Below are positions 19,739-31,320 of a DNA stretch of 64,000 nt, in pieces. Below the pieces are notes generated by a model. The model saw nothing but the letters and a program-made list of their open reading frames with translations, made no database searches and had not been told where the DNA came from. This DNA is from Candidatus Oxydemutatoraceae bacterium. GTDB lineage: Bacteria > Pseudomonadota > Gammaproteobacteria > Poriferisulfidales > Oxydemutatoraceae. Each line of letters starts with the position of its first letter. The stretch's first letter is position 1. The stretch is taken from assembly GCA_965218975.1 (NCBI GenBank), contig OZ244717.1, positions 1,600,001 through 1,664,000 on the forward strand, in the 5' to 3' direction. Position numbers and translations under genes: made by a program.

Positions 19739-21121
19739 TGTACGATGCCACCCTAAATGGGATTTTTGAAGGGCTTCGGGGGAAGCGTTCGGCAGTAACA
19801 TTCGGATCGGTGCTTTCTGTCCGTTGCCGGCATAAGGACGGTGCAGGGTGAGACGCGCCCGGAAAACCGATCGGTTTTCGGTGGCGAACGACCCGACAAG
19901 GACGTCGGGGCTGGCGCTCATTGACAGAACCAAGTCTCGTCATGGGTGAGACGCGCCCGGAAAACCGATCGGTTTTCAGCGACGAACGACCCGACAAGGA
20001 CGTCGGGGCTGGGGTTCATTCGCAGAACCAAGTTTCGTCACAGACGACAGACACTTTACTGACAACACGGCAACAAACACAAAACGGTTTCATAACCGGT
20101 CATTGAATGCTTCCGTATCGGCGAATAGCAGATCTTCTGCATGATCGATACAATCTTCTTGGACGGTGCGGTTGAAGCGCTTGATGTGCGCGTTCATTTT
20201 TGGACACTTGGGATAGGTCAGCCACTGCTCAATCACGGGTGATTCCCGAATGAGCCGGCAAACTGTCCTTGAAACTCACTCCCGCCGTCCGTCAGGGTGA
20301 GACACGCCCGGAAAACCGATCGGTTTTCAGCGGCGAACGACTCGACAAGGACGTCGGGGCTGGCGTTCATTGGCAAAACCAAGTCTCGTCATAGACGACA
20401 GGGTGAGACGCGCCCGGAAAACCGATCGGTTTTCAGCGGCGAACGACCCGACAAGGATGTCGAGGTTGAGGTTCATTCGCAGAACTAAGTCTTGTCACGG
20501 ACGAGCAGGGTGAGACGCGCCCGGGAAACCGATCGGTTTTCAGCGGCGAACGACTCGACAAGGACGTCGGGGCTGGCGCTCATTGACAGAACCAAGTCTT
20601 GTCACGGACGACAGACACTTTACTGACAACACGGCAACAAACACAAAATGGTTTCATCAGCTCAAAGACTTTACTGCTGCCGAAATTCTGCCCGGCGCGG
20701 GCGACGCAACCTGTTGATCCGACGGTACGGTCGGCGCCGACCGCGGGCATCGAGGCGCTGCGGGATACGGCGCATCTTATCGAGGGCTGCGGCGATGATG
20801 CGCCCGATAGTCGAGACGCTGGGTGTGGCCAGGCCGTGGCGCTCGCACCACGGCTCAAGGTGTCCGGCTTCCCTCAAGGTCTGCCGCCACCGATACAAGG
20901 TACGGCGACTGACCTTGAATGCATCGCAGGCAGCGGCCATGCCATGGTTTTCCTGGAAGGTGAGAATTTTGAGTCGTTGTTTTGCATCGTAAGTCATAGT
21001 ATCCTAACTATGCCCAATTTTAGCGACCCGGTAAAACCCCCGGATTCGATAGCCTATATGTTGGATTTGCAAGGCTTCTCCTCCTGTCGGCAGGAGTGCC
21101 AAATGTTTCTGAGCTTATGCA
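19739..21121 (-). mobile_element. decayed IS481-family element 2
   Basis: End TGTACGATGCC at 19739 and TGCATAAGCTCAG (minus) at 21121; HTH piece AFKVSRRTLYRW (20671-20997), core LTDGGSEF..FNRTVQED, C-terminal QKSHLGWHRT. Confidence 0.85.
19844..20613. repeat. five ~107-bp units in two blocks (2 at 19844-20048; 3 at 20293-20613)
   Basis: Same unit as at 12167; blocks separated by transposase core sequence. Confidence 0.92.
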
Positions 21122-21230
21122 ATACCCTCATTGAACTAGCAACTTTTAACTAGTGTACGATGGCAACCGAATCGCTAAAGCTAATCAATTCTCCCACTAC
21201 TGCCGATAAGTTCTGGACGGATGTTGATCT

Positions 21231-23252
21231 TCAATTCGACGCGATAAAAACCTGTTCTTTAATCGCTTGGATTTCATCACGCAATACAGCGGCTTCTTCA
21301 AACTCTAAGTTGCGCGCATGACGGCGCATTTTTTCTTCGATTTTGCGCATTTGCTTCGCTGCTTCACTCGGACTCATCATCTGATAATCGTGGATTATCT
21401 TTTCCGCGACTCGGCGTTGCTTTTTCTTTCCTCGTTTGCCGACGCCAGCATAAGCTCCTTCCATAATATCGGCAACCGATTTGCGTATACCCATCGGCGT
21501 GATTTTATGTTTGCGGTTATAGCCAAGCTGCTTTTCGCGGCGGCGATTAGTTTCATCAATCGCACGGCGCATAGAACCGGTCATGGTATCGGCGTATAAA
21601 ATCGCGCAGCCGTGCAAATGTCGTGCCGCACGGCCGATAGTTTGAATCAATGAAATCTCCGAACGCAAAAACCCTTCCTTGTCGGCATCGAATATCGCAA
21701 CTAATGAAACTTCCGGAATGTCCAAACCCTCGCGCAGAAGATTAATGCCGACCAACACATCAAACACTCCTATCCTGAGATCGCGAATAATCTCAGTACG
21801 CTCAATCGTATCAATATCCGAATGCAGGTAGCGTACACGCACATCCTGCTCCAACAAGTAGTCGGTCAAATCCTCCGCCATTCGTTTGGTCAATGTCGTA
21901 ATTAATACTCGTTCTTCAATCTCCGCTCGACAATTAATTTCAGATAAAACATCATCCACCTGTGTGATTGCCGGACGCACTTTCACCCCCGGGTCCACTA
22001 GACCGGTGGGGCGCACCACTTGATCCGCTATTACTCCGCTACGCTTTTTTTCGTATGGCCCCGGCGTTGCTGAAACAAAAATTGTCTGCGGCGATAACTG
22101 TTCGAATTCCTCAAACATTAATGGCCGATTATCAAGCGCCGACGGCAAGCGAAAGCCATGCTCAACCAGCGTTTCCTTGCGCGAGCGGTCGCCGCGAAAC
22201 ATACCGCCGAACTGTGGAATCGAAGCATGACTTTCATCAATCACCATCAACGCATTTTTCGGGAGATAATCTAACAAGCAATGCGGCGGCTCTCCCGGTT
22301 CCCTGCCACTAAAGTAACGTGAGTAATTTTCAATCCCGTTGCAGTAACCGAGCTCGCTCATCATCTCGAGATCATATATGGTTCTTTGTTCAAGCCTTTG
22401 CGCTTCAAGCAATTTATTTTCTCGGCGCAAAAATTGCAGATGCTTTTCCAATTCAAGTTTAATTTGTTCAATCGCGTATAACACAGTTTCTCGCGGCATC
22501 ACATAATGCGATTTCGGGTAAATTGTCAAACGCGGAACGTAGCGAATAATCTCGCCGTTTAACGGATCAAAATAACTTAACCGCTCGACTTGATCGTCAA
22601 ACAACTCAATGCGCACTGCTTCCTTATCCGACTCCGCCGGATGAACATCAATCACATCGCCGCGGACGCGAAACGTTCCTCGAGTTAATTCGACATCATT
22701 GCGTTGATATTGCAGCTCGGCAAGACGCCACAGGAGCCTGCGCTGCCCCATATCGTCACCGCGGTCCAAGTGAATAATCATGTTCATATACTTGCGCGGG
22801 TCACCTAAACCATAAATCGCCGAAACCGTCGCAACAATAACCACCGCTTGATGCTCAAGCAATGCTTTTGTCGCCGACAAGCGCATCTGTTCAATATGAT
22901 CATTGACGGAAGCATCCTTCTCGATAAAAGTGTCACTACTCGGTACGTATGCTTCGGGCTGATAATAATCATAATAAGATACAAAATATTCCACTGCAGC
23001 ATCGGGAAAAAACTCCCGCATCTCGCCATAAAGTTGCGCTGCCAAAGTTTTATTGTGTGCCATGATAATCGTCGGGCGTTGAACCGCTTCCACCACATTA
23101 GCAATCGTAAACGTCTTGCCTGAACCGGTTACGCCGAGCAGAGTCAAGTATGACAAACCATCGTTCAGTCCCTCCACCAACTGCCGAATCGCAGCGGGCT
23201 GACCTCCCGCCGGTTGGTAATCAGTTTTTAATTTAAAAACTCTTTTCTTCAT
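21231..23252 (-). CDS. uvrB: excinuclease ABC subunit B
   Basis: [36 protein letters not shown]-terminal UVR domain. Confidence 0.98.
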   Translation of the reverse strand: MKKRVFKLKTDYQPAGGQPAAIRQLVEGLNDGLSYLTLLGVTGSGKTFTIANVVEAVQRPTIIMAHNKTLAAQLYGEMREFFPDAAVEYFVSYYDYYQPEAYVPSSDTFIEKDASVNDHIEQMRLSATKALLEHQAVVIVATVSAIYGLGDPRKYMNMIIHLDRGDDMGQRRLLWRLAELQYQRNDVELTRGTFRVRGDVIDVHPAESDKEAVRIELFDDQVERLSYFDPLNGEIIRYVPRLTIYPKSHYVMPRETVLYAIEQIKLELEKHLQFLRRENKLLEAQRLEQRTIYDLEMMSELGYCNGIENYSRYFSGREPGEPPHCLLDYLPKNALMVIDESHASIPQFGGMFRGDRSRKETLVEHGFRLPSALDNRPLMFEEFEQLSPQTIFVSATPGPYEKKRSGVIADQVVRPTGLVDPGVKVRPAITQVDDVLSEINCRAEIEERVLITTLTKRMAEDLTDYLLEQDVRVRYLHSDIDTIERTEIIRDLRIGVFDVLVGINLLREGLDIPEVSLVAIFDADKEGFLRSEISLIQTIGRAARHLHGCAILYADTMTGSMRRAIDETNRRREKQLGYNRKHKITPMGIRKSVADIMEGAYAGVGKRGKKKQRRVAEKIIHDYQMMSPSEAAKQMRKIEEKMRRHARNLEFEEAAVLRDEIQAIKEQVFIASN

Positions 23253-23648
23253 TTTTGTGTAATACCGGATACATACTAGGCAAACACTTTATTAATAAAC
23301 AACCGGTATGTAATATAACGATGGCGATTTTTATGTACTCCTTTTTGCTGCAAAATGGAAGCGATGACAAGTATATTTATCAATAGTAACCTCGGCCATG
23401 CGTGACTTAGGGCACTTTTAAGGCCAATCGCAATGCCATATATATAAGCAAGTGAACCGGGCTGCATAATAGAAACAAAGCATCGCACCTACCTGCAGAT
23501 GCATGCTAAAATGCCCATAATGGACATTATATGGTAGACTTGTATAATATTTTCTATTCTTAGCCTATTTGGCGGGTATTCTTAGCAAACTTACATTTCA
23601 AGCTTTAGTATCCCAATTTGCAACCCAGACAATCGAGAGAATTGGACC

Positions 23649-24839
23649 TTGCCTATACATTTGTCCAAATGTGTTATTAATGCGACACCGTCGCAAACAA
23701 TGAGCATCAGCGCGATTGCAAACCAGCTGCGCAAACAGGGGAAAAACGTCATTAACCTAGCCGCCGGCGAACCTGCTTATGACACGCCTGACATTGTTAA
23801 AAAGGCAGGCATGCACGCAATTCAAAGCGGCAAAACACGCTATACGGCGGTTGACGGCATTCAATCTTTAAAGGATGAAATTTGCGAGAAATTTAGGCGT
23901 GAAAACCATTTGGAGTATACGCCGGAACAGATATTGGTCTCTTGCGGTGCCAAACATTCGTTATATAACTTGTTTCAAGCGCTATTAAACGATGGCGATG
24001 AAGTCATCATTCCGATACCTTATTGGGTTTCCTACCCCGAGATAGTAAAACTTGCAGGCGGAGTTCCGATTGAAGCGCAATGCGATGAAACACTGAAGTT
24101 GACACCGCAAACTTTCTCACAGGCAATCACTTCACGTACCCGTGCGGTGATTTTAAATAGCCCGAACAATCCGAGCGGCGCAGTGTACAGTCATGATGAA
24201 CTAAAAGCGCTTGCTGAAGTATTCCTGAAAAATCCGCAGCTCGTGATTGTCAGCGACGATATTTATGAGCATCTTATCTTCAATAAGAAGTTTGAAAATA
24301 TTGTTAATGTTTGCCCTGAACTATATGAGCGTACAGTTGTAATTAACGGTGTGTCAAAATCTTATGCGATGACCGGTTGGCGAATCGGCTATGCGGCAGG
24401 TGATAAAGAATTGATTAAAGGAATGAAAATTGTGCAATCGCAAAGCACTTCGAACCCCAATTCCATAGCGCAATATGCGGCGGTCTGCGCATTACAAAGC
24501 GCCGGTGATTTCATCGTCGGTCTGCGTGAGCGATCCGAAAAAAGGTGCGACATTGCATACGAAACGCTTACCAAAATTCATCATACCAGTTGTGTAAAAC
24601 CTGAAGGAAGCTTTTATATTTTCCCGAACGTTTCTAAAGCGATCGCTGCTTTGCCAGACTTTAATAGCGACTTAGATTTGTCTGAACACTTGTTAATCAA
24701 CTCGCTGGTTGCAACCGTGCCCGGCATCGCTTTCGGTGCCCCCGGGCATATTCGCATCTCATGCAGTGTTGATACCGAGTTATTGAAAGAAGGCATGCGA
24801 CGAATTCGGCAAGTACTAACTAGCAATGTGAAACAATAA
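23649..24839 (+). CDS. class I PLP-dependent (aspartate-type) aminotransferase
   Basis: LNSPNNPSG, SDDIYEH, GVSKSYAMTGWRIG. Confidence 0.93.
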   Translation: MPIHLSKCVINATPSQTMSISAIANQLRKQGKNVINLAAGEPAYDTPDIVKKAGMHAIQSGKTRYTAVDGIQSLKDEICEKFRRENHLEYTPEQILVSCGAKHSLYNLFQALLNDGDEVIIPIPYWVSYPEIVKLAGGVPIEAQCDETLKLTPQTFSQAITSRTRAVILNSPNNPSGAVYSHDELKALAEVFLKNPQLVIVSDDIYEHLIFNKKFENIVNVCPELYERTVVINGVSKSYAMTGWRIGYAAGDKELIKGMKIVQSQSTSNPNSIAQYAAVCALQSAGDFIVGLRERSEKRCDIAYETLTKIHHTSCVKPEGSFYIFPNVSKAIAALPDFNSDLDLSEHLLINSLVATVPGIAFGAPGHIRISCSVDTELLKEGMRRIRQVLTSNVKQ

Positions 24840-25073
24840 CCGCATTTCCGCTCCCGACATAGTTTTTTGAACGTCTCTACTTGTGCAGCGCTTTTTTTCG
24901 CCGCAAATACTTAATTCTTCACGGTAGCTATACCAACTTTCGTCACATGAGAGTACGGCAATCTTACATTGGCCATAACAGTCATTATTACCCGGCCAGC
25001 CAAATTAATCGTACCCCAACGCATTCTCGCCACCGGCTTTCCGCTTGAAACCATAGCGTCGTGCACATGACTG

Positions 25074-26219
25074 TTACTGTTCATTGTTATCATTCCTCGA
25101 AATTAGTCTTTCAGAGAATTTCCATCCGGTGTTGATCGCTCGATAATGATAGAAATACTCTCGGCTGGATAAATGTCTTCTCATCTTTTTCTCCAGCCAA
25201 TTTTGCGCACGAGTCAGTCCGAGTTCATAAAGTACTTTGAGAGGTATTTTAGGAAGTATGTACATTATGTGGTCATATAAATTTGGCATTATATGCGCTC
25301 TATGCAAATCTAAAAATAAAGTTTTTCCCATTGCAACGATATACTTACAATCATCCTCTTTCAGATCGGCATATCTGTGAGTAAAGTGCTTGAACGAATA
25401 GCTTTCAGGCAACTTTTTATTTGTTTTTGTTCCAATCCAATAAGAATAAAAATAGACCAGTCGGCATCGCTTGTACCTTTTCAAGTCATGCGTTTGCAGC
25501 AGTTCATCAATATCGAAGTTCAACAGATGCCCGCTGCGGTACTTGTAACTGCATATCGTCAACAAACTTCTTTGCAGAAACATAACCTCCCACATATAGC
25601 ATCCATATACCTGAAAGTGCCTCTCTAAACCGAATTTGCAAGGTGCCGGAATGACAATGGCGTCGACTTTGGGTAACTGTCGGCTGTTGTTGTCATAGAT
25701 GATAACCCGGTCCACACCCAGCCTCTTGTAATGTTCAATCCAGTCTTTTATCCAATGTTCCCGGTTGTTTTTGTTTATCGCACATAACGTAAACCTGCTC
25801 TTAGTGCCGGTATTGTTGATCGGCACTTTCAACTCCCAGTGCTGACGACTTCCCATCCCCGCTACTTTGATCAAAACTTCATTCAGCGGTTTGACGTTGC
25901 GCACACATCCTTTGACCAAATACATTAAAGACAAAGAAGGAGGCGTGACCGTACGTAGCTTGATCGGTTTTCCGTTGACATAGATTTCCACGTCCAACTG
26001 CAAATTGCCCAAAGGCGGACCAGCCGCTATTATCCACTTGTTGGTGGAATCAAAGAATACGTCGTAGAACAGCGTGTCGAAATCGAAACACTCCTCCATA
26101 TGCCTCTTATCTATCTTAGCGGCAAGTTCTTTTCCCAGAAAATATGCCGGGTCCCGCCGCATCTCCCGCAACTTAATGCCTCTGAGCTGATGCACGTCGT
26201 GTTTCATAACCATCGGCAC
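25074..26219 (-). CDS. GT92/GT2-like glycosyltransferase paralogue E
   Basis: WIEHY..LGVDRVIIYDNNS and FDIDE (DxD) motifs. Confidence 0.75.
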   Translation of the reverse strand: MPMVMKHDVHQLRGIKLREMRRDPAYFLGKELAAKIDKRHMEECFDFDTLFYDVFFDSTNKWIIAAGPPLGNLQLDVEIYVNGKPIKLRTVTPPSLSLMYLVKGCVRNVKPLNEVLIKVAGMGSRQHWELKVPINNTGTKSRFTLCAINKNNREHWIKDWIEHYKRLGVDRVIIYDNNSRQLPKVDAIVIPAPCKFGLERHFQVYGCYMWEVMFLQRSLLTICSYKYRSGHLLNFDIDELLQTHDLKRYKRCRLVYFYSYWIGTKTNKKLPESYSFKHFTHRYADLKEDDCKYIVAMGKTLFLDLHRAHIMPNLYDHIMYILPKIPLKVLYELGLTRAQNWLEKKMRRHLSSREYFYHYRAINTGWKFSERLISRNDNNEQ

Positions 26220-26351
26220 AGGATGACTTGCGTCGCGCCTGCAAGCAATGCAGAACCTGAACCGTCAAGGTATGAAGGGCCGGGTTCACCAAGCTTTTTA
26301 CGAACGTTTTCTATGAGTAGAAAAAACAATACTATTAAATTGAAAGTTTTA

Positions 26352-27482
26352 TTATTGTTTACTGTTGCCATTCATCGATATTGACCTTTTAGAGTGTTTC
26401 CACTCGGTATTGATCGCTCGATAATGATAATAGTAATCTTGGCTGTAATTTCCTTTCCCCATTATCTTGTTTTTCAGCCTTTGTCCGGTACGAATCAGCC
26501 CGAGCTTATAAAGCGCTTTAAGCACTACACGGACATACAACTTTTGTACCAAAGTACATTGGTGCGGCTTCAAGAATAAAGCCTCTTTCATGGCAATTAT
26601 ATATTTATAACTACAATTCCGCAAAGAGATATCTCTGCAAGTAAAATGTTTGAACGAATAGTTTTCAGGCAACTTTCCATCTGCTTTTGCTTTAATCCAA
26701 TAAGAATCAAAATAGACCTGTTTGTGTCGCTTGTACCTTCCCAAATTGCTCGTCTGCAACAGTTCATCAATATCAAAGTTCAACAGATACCCGCTGCGGT
26801 ACTTGTAGCTACATATCGTTAATAAACTTCTCTGAAGAAACCCTGCCCTCCACATCAAACTGCTTTTATACACCCGAATATATTTATTTAAGCCGTATTT
26901 GTAGGGTGCCGGAATGACAATGGCGTCGACTTCGGGTAACTGTCGGCTGTCGTTATCATAGATTATAACTCGATCTACGCCCAGCTTCCTATAATGTTCA
27001 ATCCAGTCTTTTATCCAATGCTCCCGGTTGTCTTTGTTTAAAGCACATAACGTAAATCTACTCTTGGCGCCGGTATTGTTAATCGGTATTTTCAACTCCC
27101 ACTGCTGCCGGCCTCTTATCCATCCCACTTTGATCAAAACTTCATTCAGCGGTTTGACGTTGCGCACACGTCCTTTGACCAAATACATTAAAGACAAAGA
27201 AGGAGGCGTGACCGTACGCAGCTTGACCGATTTTTCGTTGACATAGATTTCCACGTCCAACTGCAAATTGCCCAAAGGCGGACCAGCCGCTATTATCCAC
27301 TTGTTGGTGGGATCAAAGAATACGTCGTAGAACAGCGTGTCGAAATCGAAACACTCCTCCATATGCCTCTTATCTATCTTAGCGGCAAGTTCTTTTCCCA
27401 GAAAATATGTCGGGTCCCGCCGCATCTCCCGCAACTTAATGCCTCTGAGCTGATGCACGTCGTGTTTCATAACCATCGGCAC
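26352..27482 (-). CDS. GT92/GT2-like glycosyltransferase paralogue D
   Basis: Same motifs; tandem paralogue. Confidence 0.75.
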   Translation of the reverse strand: MPMVMKHDVHQLRGIKLREMRRDPTYFLGKELAAKIDKRHMEECFDFDTLFYDVFFDPTNKWIIAAGPPLGNLQLDVEIYVNEKSVKLRTVTPPSLSLMYLVKGRVRNVKPLNEVLIKVGWIRGRQQWELKIPINNTGAKSRFTLCALNKDNREHWIKDWIEHYRKLGVDRVIIYDNDSRQLPEVDAIVIPAPYKYGLNKYIRVYKSSLMWRAGFLQRSLLTICSYKYRSGYLLNFDIDELLQTSNLGRYKRHKQVYFDSYWIKAKADGKLPENYSFKHFTCRDISLRNCSYKYIIAMKEALFLKPHQCTLVQKLYVRVVLKALYKLGLIRTGQRLKNKIMGKGNYSQDYYYHYRAINTEWKHSKRSISMNGNSKQ

Positions 27483-27613
27483 AGGATGACTTGCACCGCG
27501 TCTGCAAGCAATGCAGAACTTAAACCGTCAAGGTATGAAGGCCTTGACTCGCCAAGCTTTTTACGAACGTTTTCTATGAGTAGAAAAAACATACTATTAA
27601 ATTGAAAATTTTA

Positions 27614-28753
27614 TTATTGTTTACTGTCGTTATTCGCAGAAATTGATCTTTCAGGAAATTTCCACCCGGTATTGATCGCTCGATAATGGTAGAAACACTC
27701 TCGGCTGTGGCTTCCTTTCTCTTTTACTTCTAGCCATTTCTTTACCCATTTCCTCGTACGGTGCAGCCCGAGCTTATAAAGCACTTCGCACACCACACGG
27801 ACATATAACTTTTGTACCAAAGTACATCTGTGCATCTTCAAGAATAAAACCTCTTTCATTGCAACGATATACTTAATATCATAAGGTGTATAAGTTTGCC
27901 GATCGGTATGTCTGTGAGTAAAGGACTTGAACGAATAGTTTTCAGGCAACTTTTTATTTGTTTTTGCTCCAATCCAATAAGGACGAAAATAGACCGTCTT
28001 GCATCGCTTGTACCTTTCCAAGTCATTCGTCTGTAGCAGTTCATCGATATCAAAGTTCAACAAATGCCCGCTGCGGTACTTGTAGCTACATATCGTCAAT
28101 AAACTTCTCTGAAGAAATCCTACTCTCCATATCAAACTGCTTTTATACACCCGAATATATTTATTTAAGCCGTATTTGTAGGGTGCCGGAATGACAATGG
28201 CGTCGACTTCGGGTAACTGTCGGCTGTCGTTATCATAGATTATAACTCGGTCTACGCCCAGCTTCCTATAATGTTCAATCCAGTCTTTTATCCAATGCTC
28301 CCGGTTGTCTTTGTTTAAAGCACATAACGTAAATCTACTCTTGGCGCCGGTATTGTTGATCGGCACTTTCAACTCCCACTGCTGCCGGCCTCTTATCCAT
28401 TCCACTTTGATCAAAACTTCATTCGGCGGTTTGACGTTGCGCACACGTCCTTTGACCAAATACATTGAATACAAAGAAGGAGGCGTGACCGTACGTAGCT
28501 TGATCGGTTTTCCGTTGACATAGATTTCCACGTCCAACTGCAAATTGCCCAAAGGCGGACCAGCCGCTATTATCCACTTGTTGGTGGAATCAAAGAATAC
28601 GTCGTAGAACAACGTGTCGAAATCGAAACACTCCTCCATATGCCTCTTATCTATCTTAGCGGCAAGTTCTTTTCCCAGAAAATATACCGGATCCCGCCGC
28701 ATCTCCCGCAACTTAATGCCTCTGAGCTGATGCACGTCGTGTTTCATAACCAT
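27614..28753 (-). CDS. GT92/GT2-like glycosyltransferase paralogue C
   Basis: Same motifs; upstream region shorter than in B, D, E. Confidence 0.75.
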   Translation of the reverse strand: MVMKHDVHQLRGIKLREMRRDPVYFLGKELAAKIDKRHMEECFDFDTLFYDVFFDSTNKWIIAAGPPLGNLQLDVEIYVNGKPIKLRTVTPPSLYSMYLVKGRVRNVKPPNEVLIKVEWIRGRQQWELKVPINNTGAKSRFTLCALNKDNREHWIKDWIEHYRKLGVDRVIIYDNDSRQLPEVDAIVIPAPYKYGLNKYIRVYKSSLIWRVGFLQRSLLTICSYKYRSGHLLNFDIDELLQTNDLERYKRCKTVYFRPYWIGAKTNKKLPENYSFKSFTHRHTDRQTYTPYDIKYIVAMKEVLFLKMHRCTLVQKLYVRVVCEVLYKLGLHRTRKWVKKWLEVKEKGSHSRECFYHYRAINTGWKFPERSISANNDSKQ

Positions 28754-28846
28754 TCAAGGTATGAAGGTTCGGTTTCACCGAATCTTTTACCCCCTCCACT
28801 ACGGGCAAAAAGCAGAAAGAATATGCTGTCAAAATCAGAAGTTTTA

Positions 28847-30016
28847 TTACTGTTCACTGTTACTACTCATCGAAATTGACCTTTGAGGATGTTTCCACCC
28901 GGTATTGATCCCTCGGTAATGATAGAAATACTCTCGGCTGAATAAATCTCTTCTCATCTTTTCCTCCAGCCATTTTTGCGCACGGCGCAGCCCGAGTTCA
29001 TAAAGCACTTTGAGAAGTATTTTGGGAAGTAATTCGTACGATATCATGCGTTCATATAAGCGCTCATATAATAAATTTTGCACCAAATACGCCCTATGCA
29101 AATCCAAGCATAAAACTTTTCCCATTGCAACGACATACTTCACATTCGCATAATCTAATCTGGTATCTCTGTAAATAAAATGCTTGAACGAGTAGTTTTC
29201 AGGCAACTTTCCATCCACCTCTGCTTCTACCCAATGAGAACGAAAATAGAGTATCTTACGTCGCTTGCACTTTTTCAAATCATTCGTTTGCAGCAATTCA
29301 TCGATATCAAAGTTCAACAAATGCCCGCTGCGGTACTTGTAACTACATATCGTCAATAAACTTCTCTGAAGAAATCCTACTCTCCATATCAAACTGCTTT
29401 TATACACCCGAATGTATTTATTTAAGCCGTATTTGTAGGGTGCCGGAATGACAATGGCGTTGACTTTGGGTAACTGTCGGCTGTTGTTGTCATAGAGGAT
29501 AACCCGGTCTACGCCCAGCCTCTTGTAATGTTCAATCCAGTCTTTTATCCAATGTTCCCGGTTGTTTTTGTTTATCGCACATAACGTAAACCTGCTCTTA
29601 GTGCCGGTATTGTTGATCGGCACTTTCAACTCCCAGTGCTGACGACTTCCTATCCCCGCTACTTTGATCAAAACTTCATTCAGCGGTTTGACGTTGCGCA
29701 CACATCCTTTGACCAAATACATTAAATACAAAGAAGGAGGCGTGACCGTACGTAGCTTGATCGGTTTTCCGTTGACATAGATTTCCACGTCCAACTGCAA
29801 ATTGCCCAAAGGCGGACCAACCGCTATTATCCACTTGTTGGTGGAATCAAAGAATACGTCGTAGAACAACGTGTCGAAATCGAAACACTCCTCCATATGC
29901 CTCTTATCTATCTTAGCGGCAAGTTCTTTTCCCAGAAAATATACCGGATCCCGCCGCATCTCCCGCAACTTAATGCCTCTGAGCTGATGCACGTCGTGTT
30001 TCATAACCATCGGCAC
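28847..30016 (-). CDS. GT92/GT2-like glycosyltransferase paralogue B
   Basis: Same motifs. Confidence 0.75.
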   Translation of the reverse strand: MPMVMKHDVHQLRGIKLREMRRDPVYFLGKELAAKIDKRHMEECFDFDTLFYDVFFDSTNKWIIAVGPPLGNLQLDVEIYVNGKPIKLRTVTPPSLYLMYLVKGCVRNVKPLNEVLIKVAGIGSRQHWELKVPINNTGTKSRFTLCAINKNNREHWIKDWIEHYKRLGVDRVILYDNNSRQLPKVNAIVIPAPYKYGLNKYIRVYKSSLIWRVGFLQRSLLTICSYKYRSGHLLNFDIDELLQTNDLKKCKRRKILYFRSHWVEAEVDGKLPENYSFKHFIYRDTRLDYANVKYVVAMGKVLCLDLHRAYLVQNLLYERLYERMISYELLPKILLKVLYELGLRRAQKWLEEKMRRDLFSREYFYHYRGINTGWKHPQRSISMSSNSEQ

Positions 30017-30147
30017 AGGATGACTTGCACCGCGTCTGCAAGCAATGCAGAACTTAAACCGTCAAGGTATGAAGGCCTTGACTCGCCAAGCTTTTTACGA
30101 ACGTTTTCTATGAGTAGAAAAAACATACTATTAAATTTAAAATTTTA

Positions 30148-31308
30148 TTATTGTTTACTGTCGTTATTCGCAGAAATTGATCTTTCAGGAAATTTCCACC
30201 CGGTATTGATCCCTCGGTAATGATAGAAATACTCTCGGCTGAATAAATCTCTTCTCATCTTTTCCTCCAGCCATTTTTGCGCACGGCGCAGCCCGAGTTC
30301 ATAAAGCACTTTGAGAAGTATTTTGGGAAGTAATTCGTACGATATCATGCGTTCATATAAGCGCTCATATAATAAATTTTGCACCAAATACGCCCTATGC
30401 AAATCCAAGCATAAAACTTTTCCCATTGCAACGACATACTTCACATTCGCATAATCTAATCTGGTATCTCTGTAAATAAAATGCTTGAACGAGTAGTTTT
30501 CAGGCAACTTTCCATCCACCTCTGCTTCTACCCAATGAGAACGAAAATAGAGTATCTTACGTCGCTTGCACTTTTTCAAATCATTCGTTTGCAGCAATTC
30601 ATCGATATCAAAATTCAGCAGATGTCCGCTGCGATACTTGTAACTACATATCGTCAGCAAGCTTCTTTGTAGAAACATAGTCTCCCACATATAACATCCA
30701 TATACTAAATAGTATTTATTTAAGCCGTATTTGTAGGGTGCCGGAATGACAATGGCGTTGACTTTGGGTAACTGTCGGCTGTTGTTGTCATAGAGGATAA
30801 CCCGGTCTACGCCCAGCCTCTTGTAATGTTCAATCCAGTCTTTTATCCAATGTTCCCGGTTGTTTTTGTTTATCGCACATAACGTAAACCTGCTCTTAGT
30901 GCCGGTATTGTTGATCGGCACTTTCAACTCCCAGTGCTGACGACTTCCCATCCCCGCTACTTTGATCAAAACTTCATTCAGCGGTTTGACGTTGCGCACA
31001 CGTCCTTTGACCAAATACATTAAACATGAAAAAGGAAGTTTGGCCGTACGCAGCTTGAGCGGTTTTCCGTTGACATAGATCTCCACATCCAGCCGTAAGT
31101 TACCCAAAGACGGACCGGCCGCTATTATCCACTTGTTAGTGGGATCAAAGAATACGTCGTAGAACAATGTGTCGAAATCGAAACATTCCTCCATATGTCT
31201 GTTATCTATCTTAGCAGCAAGTTCTTTTCCCAGAAAATATGTCGGGTCCCGCCGCATCCCTTTCAGGCGAATACCTCTGAGCTGATGCACGTCGTGTTTC
31301 ATGGGCAT
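30148..31308 (-). CDS. GT92/GT2-like glycosyltransferase paralogue A
   Basis: Same motifs; start placed at MPMKH (31308) because the longer ORF extends into the IS end. Confidence 0.75.
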   Translation of the reverse strand: MPMKHDVHQLRGIRLKGMRRDPTYFLGKELAAKIDNRHMEECFDFDTLFYDVFFDPTNKWIIAAGPSLGNLRLDVEIYVNGKPLKLRTAKLPFSCLMYLVKGRVRNVKPLNEVLIKVAGMGSRQHWELKVPINNTGTKSRFTLCAINKNNREHWIKDWIEHYKRLGVDRVILYDNNSRQLPKVNAIVIPAPYKYGLNKYYLVYGCYMWETMFLQRSLLTICSYKYRSGHLLNFDIDELLQTNDLKKCKRRKILYFRSHWVEAEVDGKLPENYSFKHFIYRDTRLDYANVKYVVAMGKVLCLDLHRAYLVQNLLYERLYERMISYELLPKILLKVLYELGLRRAQKWLEEKMRRDLFSREYFYHYRGINTGWKFPERSISANNDSKQ

Positions 31309-31320
31309 TAACAATAAATT

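Noticed and set aside
25074-31308. Diversity-generating retroelement behind the paralogue variation
   Set aside because: No reverse transcriptase in the window; differences are block-wise with indels rather than adenine-specific
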